A stretch of DNA of 58,324 nucleotides from Gammaproteobacteria bacterium (GTDB lineage Bacteria; Pseudomonadota; Gammaproteobacteria; Xanthomonadales; Wenzhouxiangellaceae): assembly GCA_003560975.1 (NCBI GenBank), contig PWJA01000017.1, forward strand, positions 1-58,324. Direction: 5' to 3'. Made by a program: the position numbers and the translations under genes. Below the pieces are notes generated by a model. It searched no databases. It was given only the letters and a program-made list of their open reading frames with translations, and was not told the origin of the DNA. Shown here one piece after another: positions 26,986 to 35,863 of this stretch. Positions within the stretch are counted from its first letter, which is position 1, and each line of letters opens with the position of its first letter.

Positions 26986-27864
26986 GTGTCGACGATGATG
27001 GAACAGCCGCGTGACCTGGTCCGGGTGATCGAATCGCAGGCCACCTCGGACGGGGCCGGAGTGAAGCTCCGGCGCAGCCTGGGCTCCAGCGCCTTTGCCC
27101 GGCTGGACCCGTTCCTGATGCTCGACGAGTTCTTTTCCGATGATCCCGACGACTACCTGGCCGGGTTCCCGGACCATCCCCATCGCGGGTTCGAGACCGT
27201 GACCTACATGCTCGATGGACGCATGCAGCACCGTGACCACATGGGAAATACCGGTGACCTGGGGCCCGGATCGGTCCAGTGGATGACCGCCGGGCGCGGG
27301 GTGATCCATTCGGAAATGCCGCAGCAAAGCGAAGGCCGCATGCGCGGTTTTCAGCTCTGGATCAACCTGCCCGCCGCCGAAAAGATGCGGCCGGCCGAGT
27401 ATCGCGACATCCCCGCCGAGGCAGTCCCGGAGTTGACCTTCGATGGCGGCCTGGCGCGGGTCATTGCGGGTCGTCTCCGGATCGGAGAATCGATCTGCGA
27501 CGGGGCGGTGAACAAACGTCCCGGCGCCATGGCGACCGATCCGCTGTTCGTCGACCTGCGGCTTGAGGCCGGACGTTCCGTCGAGATTCCCATCGGGCCC
27601 GGATACAACGGCTTGCTGTATGTCTACGAAGGCGAGACGCAGGTCGCCGGCCGGACCGTGCCGCGGCGGACAGCCGCCGTCCTGGGTGATGGCGACGGGG
27701 TGAAATTGACCGCCGGGGAAGCCGGCACCCGCGTCCTGTTGCTGGCCGGCAAGCCACTGAACGAACCGGTGGTTCAGTACGGGCCCTTCGTGATGAATAC
27801 GAGAGCCGAAATCGAACAAGCCGTGGCCGACTACCGCTCCGGCCGTCTCGCCGAGCCGGCATGA
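26986..27864 (+). CDS. Pirin family protein
   Basis: DGAGV, LDPFLMLDEF, GFPDHPHRGFETVTY, WMTAGRGVIHSEMP, YGPFVMNT. Confidence 0.95.
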   Translation: MSTMMEQPRDLVRVIESQATSDGAGVKLRRSLGSSAFARLDPFLMLDEFFSDDPDDYLAGFPDHPHRGFETVTYMLDGRMQHRDHMGNTGDLGPGSVQWMTAGRGVIHSEMPQQSEGRMRGFQLWINLPAAEKMRPAEYRDIPAEAVPELTFDGGLARVIAGRLRIGESICDGAVNKRPGAMATDPLFVDLRLEAGRSVEIPIGPGYNGLLYVYEGETQVAGRTVPRRTAAVLGDGDGVKLTAGEAGTRVLLLAGKPLNEPVVQYGPFVMNTRAEIEQAVADYRSGRLAEPA

Positions 27865-27873
27865 GGGCGGAGG

Positions 27874-28092
27874 TCAGTCCGGCGGGTCTGCCGGATCATC
27901 GACCTCCTCCTCGACCAGATCTTCGGCTTTGCCCTCGAGATCGTCCAGGGCATCGCCGGCTTCATCGACCAGTTCCTCGGCCTCCTCCGCCGTCTCATCG
28001 ATGATCTCGCCGTTTTCTGCGCAGGCCGCCAGCCCCAGCGCGGCGACCAGGCAGAGCGGAAACCGGAATCGGCGCGAGCGGAAAACGTTCAT
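27874..28092 (-). CDS. Small acidic lipoprotein (~72 aa)
   Basis: MNVFRSRRFRFPLCLVAALGLAAC lipobox followed by a very D/E-rich tail; trimmed from ORF 28200. Confidence 0.7.
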   Translation of the reverse strand: MNVFRSRRFRFPLCLVAALGLAACAENGEIIDETAEEAEELVDEAGDALDDLEGKAEDLVEEEVDDPADPPD

Positions 28093-28115
28093 CGGCGGTT
28101 GCAGCGCAGGGATTG

Positions 28116-28679
28116 TCAGGACTGAGTCTTCAGCCAGGCCCTGATGGTTCCCGACGGGAGCGGAAAATATCCATTCACGACGCGGGGTGCGGTCGCGCAC
28201 GGGTCGGCGAGCAGGTGCACGTGCAGTGCGGCCGCGGACCGGATTTCGAGTACATCATCGACTTCGTACAGATCGTCTTTGTGGATGCTGTCGTGGCCGG
28301 GCAGCAGGGTCTGTCGGGCGCGCGTCTTTGCCTCGGCCTTGTTCGCTGCCGCGAGCAGGGCATAGGCGTGCTGTTCGGCAAACTCGTTGGGCCGATAGCC
28401 GCCGATGTTGATGAAATACAGCCGCTTTTCGGGCCGCTGCGGGGGTCGTGAGTCCAGAACGACGCGATAGCCTTCGACCTGGTCGACCACGGCGTAGGCA
28501 TCCACGTGCAGGCCCTCCGGCTCGCCGAACCACTGCGCAAGCAGCTGCGGATGGGTCTCTTCCAGCGTCCCACCGACGGCAAAGGCGACATCGTGCAGCT
28601 CCACCCGGCAGCCGCGTGCGCGGCCGCCGAGGAGAACGGCATACAGTTGGCCCGTGGGAGAGGCTGCGGAGTGATTCAT
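28116..28679 (-). CDS. DUF1543 family protein
   Basis: Two repeats, LYAVLLGG..VELHDV..WFG..GLHVD and LYFINIGGY..EQH..HKDD. Confidence 0.85.
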   Translation of the reverse strand: MNHSAASPTGQLYAVLLGGRARGCRVELHDVAFAVGGTLEETHPQLLAQWFGEPEGLHVDAYAVVDQVEGYRVVLDSRPPQRPEKRLYFINIGGYRPNEFAEQHAYALLAAANKAEAKTRARQTLLPGHDSIHKDDLYEVDDVLEIRSAAALHVHLLADPCATAPRVVNGYFPLPSGTIRAWLKTQS

Positions 28680-28749
28680 CGGTCGAGGTCTTCTCTCGTT
28701 TCGGCAGTTGATCGTAGGCATGCTACTGCAGATGGTTTAGGCTCGGAGG

Positions 28750-30621
28750 ATGGAAGTCGAACAACTGGAAATCCGCGAGCACCTGCGGCGCCATCCCCCG
28801 TTCAGTTTCTTGAGCGAGGAAGACCTGAACCGGGTATCGATGGCGGTGGAGATCTCCTACTTTCGTGCCGACAGCCACATTCTCTGTCTTGGCCAGGAGA
28901 TTGCCGATCTGCACTACATCCGCCAGGGCTCGGTCGAAGTATTCCGCAGCAACGGAGAATTCTACAACCGCCTCGGGGAGGGTGAGATTTTCGGTCAGAT
29001 CAGCCTGATCGCCCGTCGCTCGGTGCGGTATCCCGTGCGCGCCCACGAAGACACGCTGATCTACTTCATTCCTGATTCGGTGTTTTCAGACCTGTGCCGG
29101 CGCAACGAGGCGTTTGCCGATTTCGTCGAAGTCGAGGACCGGACCCGCATGCGCCACGCCGGCTTGCAGAGCCGGGCCGGGACCGAAATGATGACCACCA
29201 GGGTCGAGCGGCTCGTGCAGCGCGAGGCGGTGATGCTGCCGGGCTCTGCCAGCGTGACCGAAGCGGCTCGACGCATGACCGACGACGGCGTGTCCGCGAT
29301 GCTCGTCTGCGCCGACGACCCCCCGTCCGGGCAACCACAGCTGCTCGGGATCGTGACCGACAGCGACCTTCGCCGACGCGTGCTGGCCGAGGATTTGCCC
29401 GGCGCTACGCCGCTGGCCGAGGTGATGTCGGAATCGCTGGTCAGCGTGGAGGCGGATGATTATCTGTTCGCGGCGCTTCTGGCCATGCTCAAGCACAACG
29501 TTCATCATCTGCCGGTCATGCGGCGGTTGAAGCCGGTGGGAGTGATTGACCTGGCCGATCTGGTCGGCCACGAGACCCGCAACAGCCTGTTCGTGGTTCG
29601 AAACATCCACGAGCAGGAGGATCTGGACGGCCTGGTCCAGCTCCTGCCGGACGTGCGCGGGAGCTTTGTTCGCATGGTCAACGAGGGCGCAACCGCGAAC
29701 ATGGTCGGCAGCGCGGTGGCGACCATCGGTCGAGCGCTCAAGCAGCGTTTGCTGGAGATGGCCGAGGCCCGGCTGGGACCGCCGCCGGTGCCGTACTGTT
29801 TTGTCGCTCACGGGTCCATGGCTCGCGACGAGCAGTCCCTGGTCACCGACCAGGACAACGCCCTGATCCTGGACGACACCTTCGACCGTGCCGAGCACGA
29901 TGGCTATTTTCGCGCCCTGGCCGAATCGGTCTGCGATGGTCTGGCCGAGCTTCGCTACCCGTATTGCAAGGGCAAGATCATGGCCACCAACCCCGACCTG
30001 CGCCAGCCCCTGGCGGTCTGGAAACAGCGTTTTGCCGAGTGGATCGGAAAACCGGATCGGCCGAATTTGCTCAAGAGCTCGATCTTTTTCGACCTGGACG
30101 GCGTTCATGGCCAGACGCAGTACGCCGACAGCCTGAAGCAGTGGATCGCGGATCGGGCCAGCCGCTCGCCGGCTTTCCTGGGCTGCCTGGCGCACAACGC
30201 CCAGACGCGCACGCCGCCGCTGGGATTTTTCCGCGATTTCGTGCTGGAAAAAAGTGGTCGTCACCAGGATTTCCTGGATCTGAAGCGGCGCGGCATGGCG
30301 CCCATGGTTGACGTCATCCGCGTTCATGCGCTGGCCAGCGCGTCGGTGGCGCAGAACTCGTTCCGACGGCTGGACGACATCCAGGCGGCCGGCTTTCTGA
30401 CCGGCAGCATGATCGCCGATCTGCGCGACTCCATGGAGTTCATCGCCGGCACGCAATACCGGCATCAGGCCGAAAATCTCGAGCGCGGAATCGAGCCGGA
30501 CAATCGCGTCAACCCGGTAACGCTGAACACCTTCGACCGACGCAATCTCAAGGACGCGTTCCGGGTACTGGCCAACGCGCAGCGCTTTCTCCGCTTGCGC
30601 TACCGGGTCGTCAAGGTGTAA
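28750..30621 (+). CDS. cNMP-binding/CBS/DUF294 nucleotidyltransferase-like protein
   Basis: HPPFS cNMP domain, GIVTDSDLR CBS pair, GSMARDEQ..TDQDNAL, CKGKIMATNP, IFFD, PPLGFFR; GGAGG RBS. Confidence 0.93.
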   Translation: MEVEQLEIREHLRRHPPFSFLSEEDLNRVSMAVEISYFRADSHILCLGQEIADLHYIRQGSVEVFRSNGEFYNRLGEGEIFGQISLIARRSVRYPVRAHEDTLIYFIPDSVFSDLCRRNEAFADFVEVEDRTRMRHAGLQSRAGTEMMTTRVERLVQREAVMLPGSASVTEAARRMTDDGVSAMLVCADDPPSGQPQLLGIVTDSDLRRRVLAEDLPGATPLAEVMSESLVSVEADDYLFAALLAMLKHNVHHLPVMRRLKPVGVIDLADLVGHETRNSLFVVRNIHEQEDLDGLVQLLPDVRGSFVRMVNEGATANMVGSAVATIGRALKQRLLEMAEARLGPPPVPYCFVAHGSMARDEQSLVTDQDNALILDDTFDRAEHDGYFRALAESVCDGLAELRYPYCKGKIMATNPDLRQPLAVWKQRFAEWIGKPDRPNLLKSSIFFDLDGVHGQTQYADSLKQWIADRASRSPAFLGCLAHNAQTRTPPLGFFRDFVLEKSGRHQDFLDLKRRGMAPMVDVIRVHALASASVAQNSFRRLDDIQAAGFLTGSMIADLRDSMEFIAGTQYRHQAENLERGIEPDNRVNPVTLNTFDRRNLKDAFRVLANAQRFLRLRYRVVKV

Positions 30622-30623
30622 CG

Positions 30624-31358
30624 ATGACGGGCAGCAAGCGTGCCGGCAAGCCGAAGCGCGTCGACTGGCCGGCCCGATTTTCCGAGCTGGCCGCATCGGC
30701 GTCCATCCCCTGGATGGAACGCTTTTACCAGGCCGGCACGGTCGCGGCCGGCACGGCCCTGGCGGATGTGCCCATGGTGGCGCTGGACCTGGAAACCACC
30801 GGCCTGGAGCCGCACAACAACGCGATCGTCAGCATTGGTCTGGTTCCGTTCAGCCTGGATCGGATTCGCGTATCCGGCGCGCGCTACTGGGTGGTCCAGC
30901 CGCGTCGCCGGCTCGATCCGGAATCGGTTCTGATTCATCGCATCACCCACGAGGAGCTGGAATCGGCGCCGCGCTTCTCGGCGGTCTTGCCGGAGCTTCT
31001 GGAGGCGCTGGCCGGCCGGGTGGTGGTGGTCCATTACCGCCACATCGAGCGGCCGTTCCTGGATCAGGTCTGTCGCCGCTGGACCGGGGCAGGGTTGGAG
31101 TTTCCGTTGATTGACACCATGCTGCTGGAAGGGTGGGCCTTGCGTCGCAATCGCAGCCTGGCGCGGCGCCTGGGCGAACGGATCGGGTTCCGGAAACGCA
31201 AGTCGTTGCGTCTCGCCGCCTGTCGCCAGCGCTACCATCTGCCGACCTACACCGCCCACCATGCCATGACCGATGCGCTGGCGACCGCCGAGCTGTTTCA
31301 GGCCCAGGTGGCCTATCACTTTCGCCGCGGACTGGGCGTGGATCGGATATGGATGTGA
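30624..31358 (+). CDS. DnaQ-like 3'-5' exonuclease domain protein
   Basis: ALDLETTGL, IHRIT, IDT, AHHAMTDALATAELF (DEDDh). Confidence 0.92.
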   Translation: MTGSKRAGKPKRVDWPARFSELAASASIPWMERFYQAGTVAAGTALADVPMVALDLETTGLEPHNNAIVSIGLVPFSLDRIRVSGARYWVVQPRRRLDPESVLIHRITHEELESAPRFSAVLPELLEALAGRVVVVHYRHIERPFLDQVCRRWTGAGLEFPLIDTMLLEGWALRRNRSLARRLGERIGFRKRKSLRLAACRQRYHLPTYTAHHAMTDALATAELFQAQVAYHFRRGLGVDRIWM

Positions 31359-33922
31359 CCGCTGGAAGGACGCGTCCAGGTCGGCTGACCGCCTGGCGCC
31401 GACGAGTGCTTGACCGGATGTTTGCAGAACTGACCGAGCTGACACCGGCGGCCCGTTCCCTTCGCCTGGAACAGCTGCGGGGCAGCCATCCGCGCGTTGC
31501 CGCCTGGCTGGAACGCCTGCTGGTCGCCCTGGGCGAGGACGATGATTCGCTCCACCAACCACTGGGCAGGCTGGCCGAGGATCTGGCCGATCAGCACCCG
31601 ATGGCGCAAGCCGAGCTGGTCGCGGGCACGCGTCTGGGCCCCTGGGAGGTGGTGGAACCGGTCGGCGCCGGCGGCATGGGCGTGGTCTACCGGGTCGCTC
31701 GAGCGGATGGCGCTTTCGAGATGATCGCTGCGGCCAAGTTGATCCGGATGCGCCTCAATGAGCGCCTGGAAATGCGTCTGGCCCTGGAACGCCAACTGCT
31801 GGCGCGCCTGGACCATCCCAACATTGCCCGAATTCTCGACGGCGGAACCGCCGATGATGGTCAACCGTACCTGATCATGGAATGGGTTCCGGGCGAAGAC
31901 CTGGCTCAGCGCGCCCGCTCGCTGAGCCCGGCACACCGCCTGGCCTTGTTCCAGGAGATTGCTGCAGCCGTCTCCCATGCCCACCAGCGCAGCGTGGTCC
32001 ATGGCGACATCAAACCTTCCAACGTACGCCTAGGTGCCGATGGCCGCATTCGCCTGCTGGACTTCGGCGTGGCCCGCCTGGTTCAGGACGACGGCGGGGA
32101 CGAAGCAGGGCCGGGAATGGCCATGACCCCTGCGTTCGCGGCGCCGGAGCAACTCCAGGGCCAGGCGCCCTCAACCCAGTCCGACGTCTGGGCGCTGGGC
32201 GCGCTTCTGGCCTGGCTTCTGGCCGGCGAGCAGTTCAGCCGCGAGCGCCTGGCCTGCCCGGACGCGCTGCGCCGCGTGCTCTCGAAGCGGCTTACCCGCG
32301 CCGGCGATGTGGCCGCGATCATCGCCAGGGCGTGCGCCGCGGCGCCGGATCGGCGCTATGCCGGCGTTTCCGAAATGGCCGAAGACCTCGAGCGCCATCG
32401 TCGTCTGCAGCCGGTGACGGCCCGGCCCGCGACCCGTCGCTACGTGCTCGGTCGATTCGTCCTGCGCAATCCGCTCGGTGTGGGTCTGGGCTTGCTGTCC
32501 GGCGTATTGCTGGTGGGCGGACTGGTCGGGGTGGCGTGGCAGGCCCACGTTGCCGGCCTGGAGCGAGACCGGGCCGAGCGCCAGCGCGACCGGGCCGCGC
32601 TCGAGGCGGCCACGACCGAGCGGGTGAGCGAGTTTCTGGTCGGATTGTTCGAGCAGGCCGATCCCTACCTTCGTTCGGGGTCGGAGCTGACCGCGCGTGA
32701 TCTGCTCGAACAGGGCCGGCAACGAATTGCCACGCTCGACGAGGCGCCGGCTGTCCAGGCCGCGATGCACCAGGTGCTGGCCCGGGTGCATCGCTCGCTG
32801 GCCGAGCATGCCATCGCCCATGAGCTCTCGGCCCGGGCTCTTGCGATCCTGGACCAGCAAGCCGATGTGGATCCGGCCCGACTGGCGGCGGCCTGGACGC
32901 TGCATGCCGGAACGCTTGCGTCGCTGGGGCAGTACCGCGAAGCCGAGCAGGCGCATCGGCGCGCGCTGGAATTGACCGATCCGGACGACGCCCTTGCCCT
33001 CGCCTCGCGCCTGAACAACCTGGGGTTGGCGGCCTATTCTCTCGGCCGCCTGGGTGAGGCCGAAAGTCTGCTGGAAACGGCGCTGGGTTTGCGCCTGAGC
33101 CGCATCCCCGACAGCGCGGAAACCGCCGCGTCGTTCAACAACCTGGCCCTGGTGCTCGCGGCCCAGGGGAGACCCGAGGAAGCCGAACCGCGCTACCGGC
33201 GCGCCCTGCAGATTCGCCGCAGCGTTCTTGGGGCGGACCACCCGACCACCACCTACTCGATGACCAACCTCGCGACCCTGCTCAGCCAGCTCGGACGTTG
33301 GCAGGAAGCCGAGGGGGCCTATCGGGAAGCCCTTGCGCAGCGGCGCCAGATCTTCGGTCACGAGCATCCGGCGGTCGCCAGTGTCCTGTACCAGATCGGC
33401 TGGCTGCTGTCACAGCAAGCCGAGTATCTTCCGGCGCGCGAGTCGCTGGGCGAGGCGCTGGCGATCCGCGAAGCGTCCCTGGGGCTCGATCACCCCTCGA
33501 CCGCCGTGGTTCTCAATGCGTTGGCCGAAGTCGGCCGCGAGCTGGGCGAGCTGGAGCAGTCGGAAACCTGGCTGCGCCGGGCGCTGGAAATCTACCGCGA
33601 AAGCTACGGCGAATCGCACCATGACATTGCCCTGGTGCTGGCCAACCTCGGCCGGACCCTGGCTGCGCGCGGCGAACTTGTCGAGGCCGAGCGTCTGCTT
33701 GGCGAGGCGCTCGAGATGAACCGCCGTGAACTCGGTCCGACCCACCGTCACGTGGCCAACGATCTGCTCGGCCTGGCCCAGGTTTCCCGGCAGCGCGGAC
33801 ATCCCGATCAGGCCACTCGTTACGCTCGCGATGCTCGCCAGGTTCTGCTCGCCCTGGGCATGGAAGCGGACCATCCGGCACTGGCCGAGATGGACGAAAT
33901 GCTCGAAAGCGTGGCCCACTAG
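31349..33922 (+). CDS. Membrane Ser/Thr protein kinase with C-terminal TPR repeats
   Basis: GAGGMGVVY, LDHPNIA, VHGDIKPSN, LLDFGVA, FAAPEQ, SDVWALG; TM helix; repeated HP.TA..(L/M).NLA TPR units; start 31349 or GTG 31355. Confidence 0.93.
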   Translation: MDVTAGRTRPGRLTAWRRRVLDRMFAELTELTPAARSLRLEQLRGSHPRVAAWLERLLVALGEDDDSLHQPLGRLAEDLADQHPMAQAELVAGTRLGPWEVVEPVGAGGMGVVYRVARADGAFEMIAAAKLIRMRLNERLEMRLALERQLLARLDHPNIARILDGGTADDGQPYLIMEWVPGEDLAQRARSLSPAHRLALFQEIAAAVSHAHQRSVVHGDIKPSNVRLGADGRIRLLDFGVARLVQDDGGDEAGPGMAMTPAFAAPEQLQGQAPSTQSDVWALGALLAWLLAGEQFSRERLACPDALRRVLSKRLTRAGDVAAIIARACAAAPDRRYAGVSEMAEDLERHRRLQPVTARPATRRYVLGRFVLRNPLGVGLGLLSGVLLVGGLVGVAWQAHVAGLERDRAERQRDRAALEAATTERVSEFLVGLFEQADPYLRSGSELTARDLLEQGRQRIATLDEAPAVQAAMHQVLARVHRSLAEHAIAHELSARALAILDQQADVDPARLAAAWTLHAGTLASLGQYREAEQAHRRALELTDPDDALALASRLNNLGLAAYSLGRLGEAESLLETALGLRLSRIPDSAETAASFNNLALVLAAQGRPEEAEPRYRRALQIRRSVLGADHPTTTYSMTNLATLLSQLGRWQEAEGAYREALAQRRQIFGHEHPAVASVLYQIGWLLSQQAEYLPARESLGEALAIREASLGLDHPSTAVVLNALAEVGRELGELEQSETWLRRALEIYRESYGESHHDIALVLANLGRTLAARGELVEAERLLGEALEMNRRELGPTHRHVANDLLGLAQVSRQRGHPDQATRYARDARQVLLALGMEADHPALAEMDEMLESVAH

Positions 33923-33994
33923 GGTAGCGGGGCTTTGAACCCATCCAGCCGGCGGTCCCCCGCCCCGCTCGGCGAGCGAAGCGGGAAACGCCGG

Positions 33995-35791
33995 TCAGAA
34001 GGCGTCGTCGTGAAAATCCATCAGGGGAGCTGCACCGGCCCGGATCTTGGCGGCCAGGGAGCGGGTCTCGGGCAGCATCCGGGTCATGAAAAAACGGGCG
34101 GTATCGAGTTTGGCCTGGTAGAAGCCCTTGTTCGCAGCACCCTGATCGAGTTGGCCGGCGGCAAGTACCGCCATTTTTGCCCACATGAAGGCCATGGCCG
34201 TCAGGGCAAACAGGCGCAGGTAGTCGGTGCCGGCCGCACCCGCTTCCAGCGGGTTGCGGCTCATCTGCTGGTATACCCAGGCCGTGGTGTCCTGGAGTAG
34301 CTGAGCATTGTCCCGCAGCGGGTCGATGAACTCGGCCAGCTCGTCCTGGCCTTCGTGTTCGGCGATGAAGGCCATCACCGGCGTGAAGAATGCCTTGAGG
34401 TTTTCGCCGTTGTTGGCCACGAGTTTGCGACCGACGAGGTCGAGGGCCTGGACGCCGTTGGTGCCCTCGTAGATCTGGGTGATGCGGACATCGCGCGCGA
34501 ACTGCTCGACCCCGGTGTCGCGAACGTAGCCGGCACCGCCGTGCACCTGCATGCCGAGGTTGGCAACCTCCGATCCAAGATCGGTGAAATAGGCCTTGAT
34601 GATGGGAGTCATCAGGGCTACCCAGTAGCCGGCCTGGCGCCGGACGGGCTCGTCCGGATGGTGCATTTCCAGCTCCAGCTGGACCCCGGTGTACAGGCCC
34701 AGGGCGCGCGCGCCTTCGATGCTGGCTCTGGAAATCAGCAGCATCTTGCGCACGTCCGGATGCACCAGGATGGGATCGGCCGCCTGGTCCGGAAATTTCG
34801 GCCCGTCCAGGCTGCGCCCCTGGAGGCGTTCGCGGGCGAAGGCCACCGCGGCCTGGTAGGCGGCAGACGCCATCCCCAGACCCTGTATGCCGGTGACCAG
34901 GCGGGCGGCGTTCATCATCGTGAACATGTGTCCCAGGCCGCGGTTTTCCTCGCCGATCAGGAACCCCACCGCGCCGCTGTATTCCATTTCGCAGGTGGCC
35001 GAGGCCTTGATGCCCATTTTCTTTTCCAGGCCCACGCACTTCACCCCGTTGCGCGCCCCGAGCGAGCCGTCGGCCTCGACCAGGAACTTGGGCACCAGAA
35101 ACAGGCTGATGCCGCGCGTGCCGGCCGGTGCGTCCGGGGTGCGTGCCAGGACCAGGTGGATGATGTTGTCGACCATGTCGTGCTCGCCGGCCGAGATCCA
35201 GATTTTCTTGCCGGTGATCCGGTAACTGCCGTCTTCGGCGCGTTCGGCCCGGGTACGCAGCAGTCCGAGATCGGTACCGCAATGGGGCTCGGTCAGGTTC
35301 ATGGTCCCAGCCCATTCCCCGCTGATCATCCTGGGCAGATAGGTGGCTTTCTGCTCTTCGCTGCCGTGGTGATGGATGACTTCGTAGGCGCCCAGGGTCA
35401 GTCCCGGGTAGGCGGCAAACGAGGCGTTGGCCGCATTGATCATCTCCGACACGGCCAGACCGACGAAGCTCGGCAAGCCTTGTCCGCCGTATTCGGGATC
35501 TGCCACCAGGCCGGTCCAGCCGCCTTCACGATAGGCCCGGTAGGCCTCGCCGAACCCCTCGGGCATGCGGACCTCGGCACTGGCTTCGTCGAGGCGGCAG
35601 CCGATTTCGTCGCCCACCGCATTGATCGGTTGCAGGACGGTTTCCGCGACCTTTGCCGCCTCGTCGAGCACGGCCTCGACCACATCGGGCGAGGCATCCG
35701 CCATGGTCGGGAGCTCGGCACAGGCAGAAAGGTCAAGAAACTCGTTGTACAGGAAATCGAAATCGTCCAGGGGGGCCTTGTAGGCGGGCAT
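33995..35791 (-). CDS. Acyl-CoA dehydrogenase
   Basis: GTMNLTEPHCGTDL, ITGKKIWIS, EKKMGIKASATC, QVHGGAGY, IYEGTNGVQALDL. Confidence 0.96.
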   Translation of the reverse strand: MPAYKAPLDDFDFLYNEFLDLSACAELPTMADASPDVVEAVLDEAAKVAETVLQPINAVGDEIGCRLDEASAEVRMPEGFGEAYRAYREGGWTGLVADPEYGGQGLPSFVGLAVSEMINAANASFAAYPGLTLGAYEVIHHHGSEEQKATYLPRMISGEWAGTMNLTEPHCGTDLGLLRTRAERAEDGSYRITGKKIWISAGEHDMVDNIIHLVLARTPDAPAGTRGISLFLVPKFLVEADGSLGARNGVKCVGLEKKMGIKASATCEMEYSGAVGFLIGEENRGLGHMFTMMNAARLVTGIQGLGMASAAYQAAVAFARERLQGRSLDGPKFPDQAADPILVHPDVRKMLLISRASIEGARALGLYTGVQLELEMHHPDEPVRRQAGYWVALMTPIIKAYFTDLGSEVANLGMQVHGGAGYVRDTGVEQFARDVRITQIYEGTNGVQALDLVGRKLVANNGENLKAFFTPVMAFIAEHEGQDELAEFIDPLRDNAQLLQDTTAWVYQQMSRNPLEAGAAGTDYLRLFALTAMAFMWAKMAVLAAGQLDQGAANKGFYQAKLDTARFFMTRMLPETRSLAAKIRAGAAPLMDFHDDAF

Positions 35792-35863
35792 GATTCAGTC
35801 CGAATGGTTGGGCGGACTGAAGATTACCATACGCCACCGTATGCCGCGTGCAGGCCTCGGGTT

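Noticed and set aside
32900-33800. Repetitive DNA in the kinase 3' half and in the 57305-58324 gene
   Set aside because: Explained by protein-level TPR repeats, not a DNA repeat element.
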